A DNA stretch of 64,000 nucleotides from a virus. Taxonomy: Duplodnaviria; Caudoviricetes. Below, piece after piece: positions 63,897 to 64,000 of this stretch. The stretch's first letter is position 1; every line of letters begins with the position of its first letter. The stretch is taken from the IMG/VR virus record IMGVR_UViG_3300020469_000008, positions 128,001 through 192,000 of that record; one strand, 5' to 3'. The translations under genes and the position numbers were made by a program. The notes beneath the pieces are model-generated. The model was not told where the DNA came from. It worked only from the letters and a program-made list of their open reading frames with translations, and made no database searches.

Positions 63897-64000
63897 AGAA
63901 AGTCGAAGAAAAGCTAACACAACACAGTCGGACAGGTGCCAACACATATATGATCCCTTCAAAGAATATGGATAATTGGTACAAGGATGAGTTGTTGTTT
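63884..64000 (+). CDS. 3'-truncated hypothetical protein
   Basis: ATG 63884 (MATVKKVEEK...) open to the window end. Confidence 0.45.
   Translation, partial: MATVKKVEEKLTQHSRTGANTYMIPSKNMDNWYKDELLF

Noticed and set aside
1-64000. Stop-codon reassignment, as seen in some large phages
   Set aside because: Recognisable genes are full length in code 11, and TAA, TAG and TGA all end genes at sensible positions
1-64000. Eukaryotic giant virus or bacterial chromosome origin
   Set aside because: SD sites, sigma70, tmRNA and bS21 argue against a eukaryotic virus; many tiny orphan ORFs, single-strand bias and a lack of housekeeping operons argue against a chromosome, although no capsid or terminase gene is in this window

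Overview
This 64 kb window looks like part of a large (jumbo-type) bacteriophage genome. It is AT-rich and gene-dense, almost entirely on the + strand, uses the standard genetic code and has strong Shine-Dalgarno sites. I saw no rRNA operon, integrase or CRISPR array. Recognisable genes include a 5'-3' exonuclease, GroEL, Hsp20, an RpoD-like sigma factor, a eukaryotic-type phosphomannomutase, a pyrimidine-dimer glycosylase and a PAS histidine kinase/response regulator pair. Also present are an L,D-transpeptidase, tmRNA, ferredoxin, cysteine synthase, DinG-like helicase, ThyX, ribosomal protein bS21, ATP-dependent DNA ligase, DEDDh exonuclease, RadA-like ATPase, three tRNAs, thioredoxin, GuaC and an acyl-CoA thioesterase. 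A MYXO-CTERM-like sorting tail and several acidic lipoproteins hint at a Myxococcota-like host (inference). Four patterns stand out as unexplained. (1) A sigma factor that appears split, with its region 4.2 helix-turn-helix in a separate downstream ORF, together with 11 (G/N)TGTAA-17 bp-TATAAT-like promoters. (2) Sixteen mostly unrelated proteins sharing an N-terminal MK(I/L)TRRQLRKLIxE leader, a candidate capsid-targeting/protease-cleaved signal, plus a deletion relic. (3) An array of SH3-like mini-genes joined by a dual-coded 14-nt overlap junction. (4) A long, perfectly paired pseudoknot just downstream of tRNA-Arg. All calls come from reading motifs by eye; no database searches were run.
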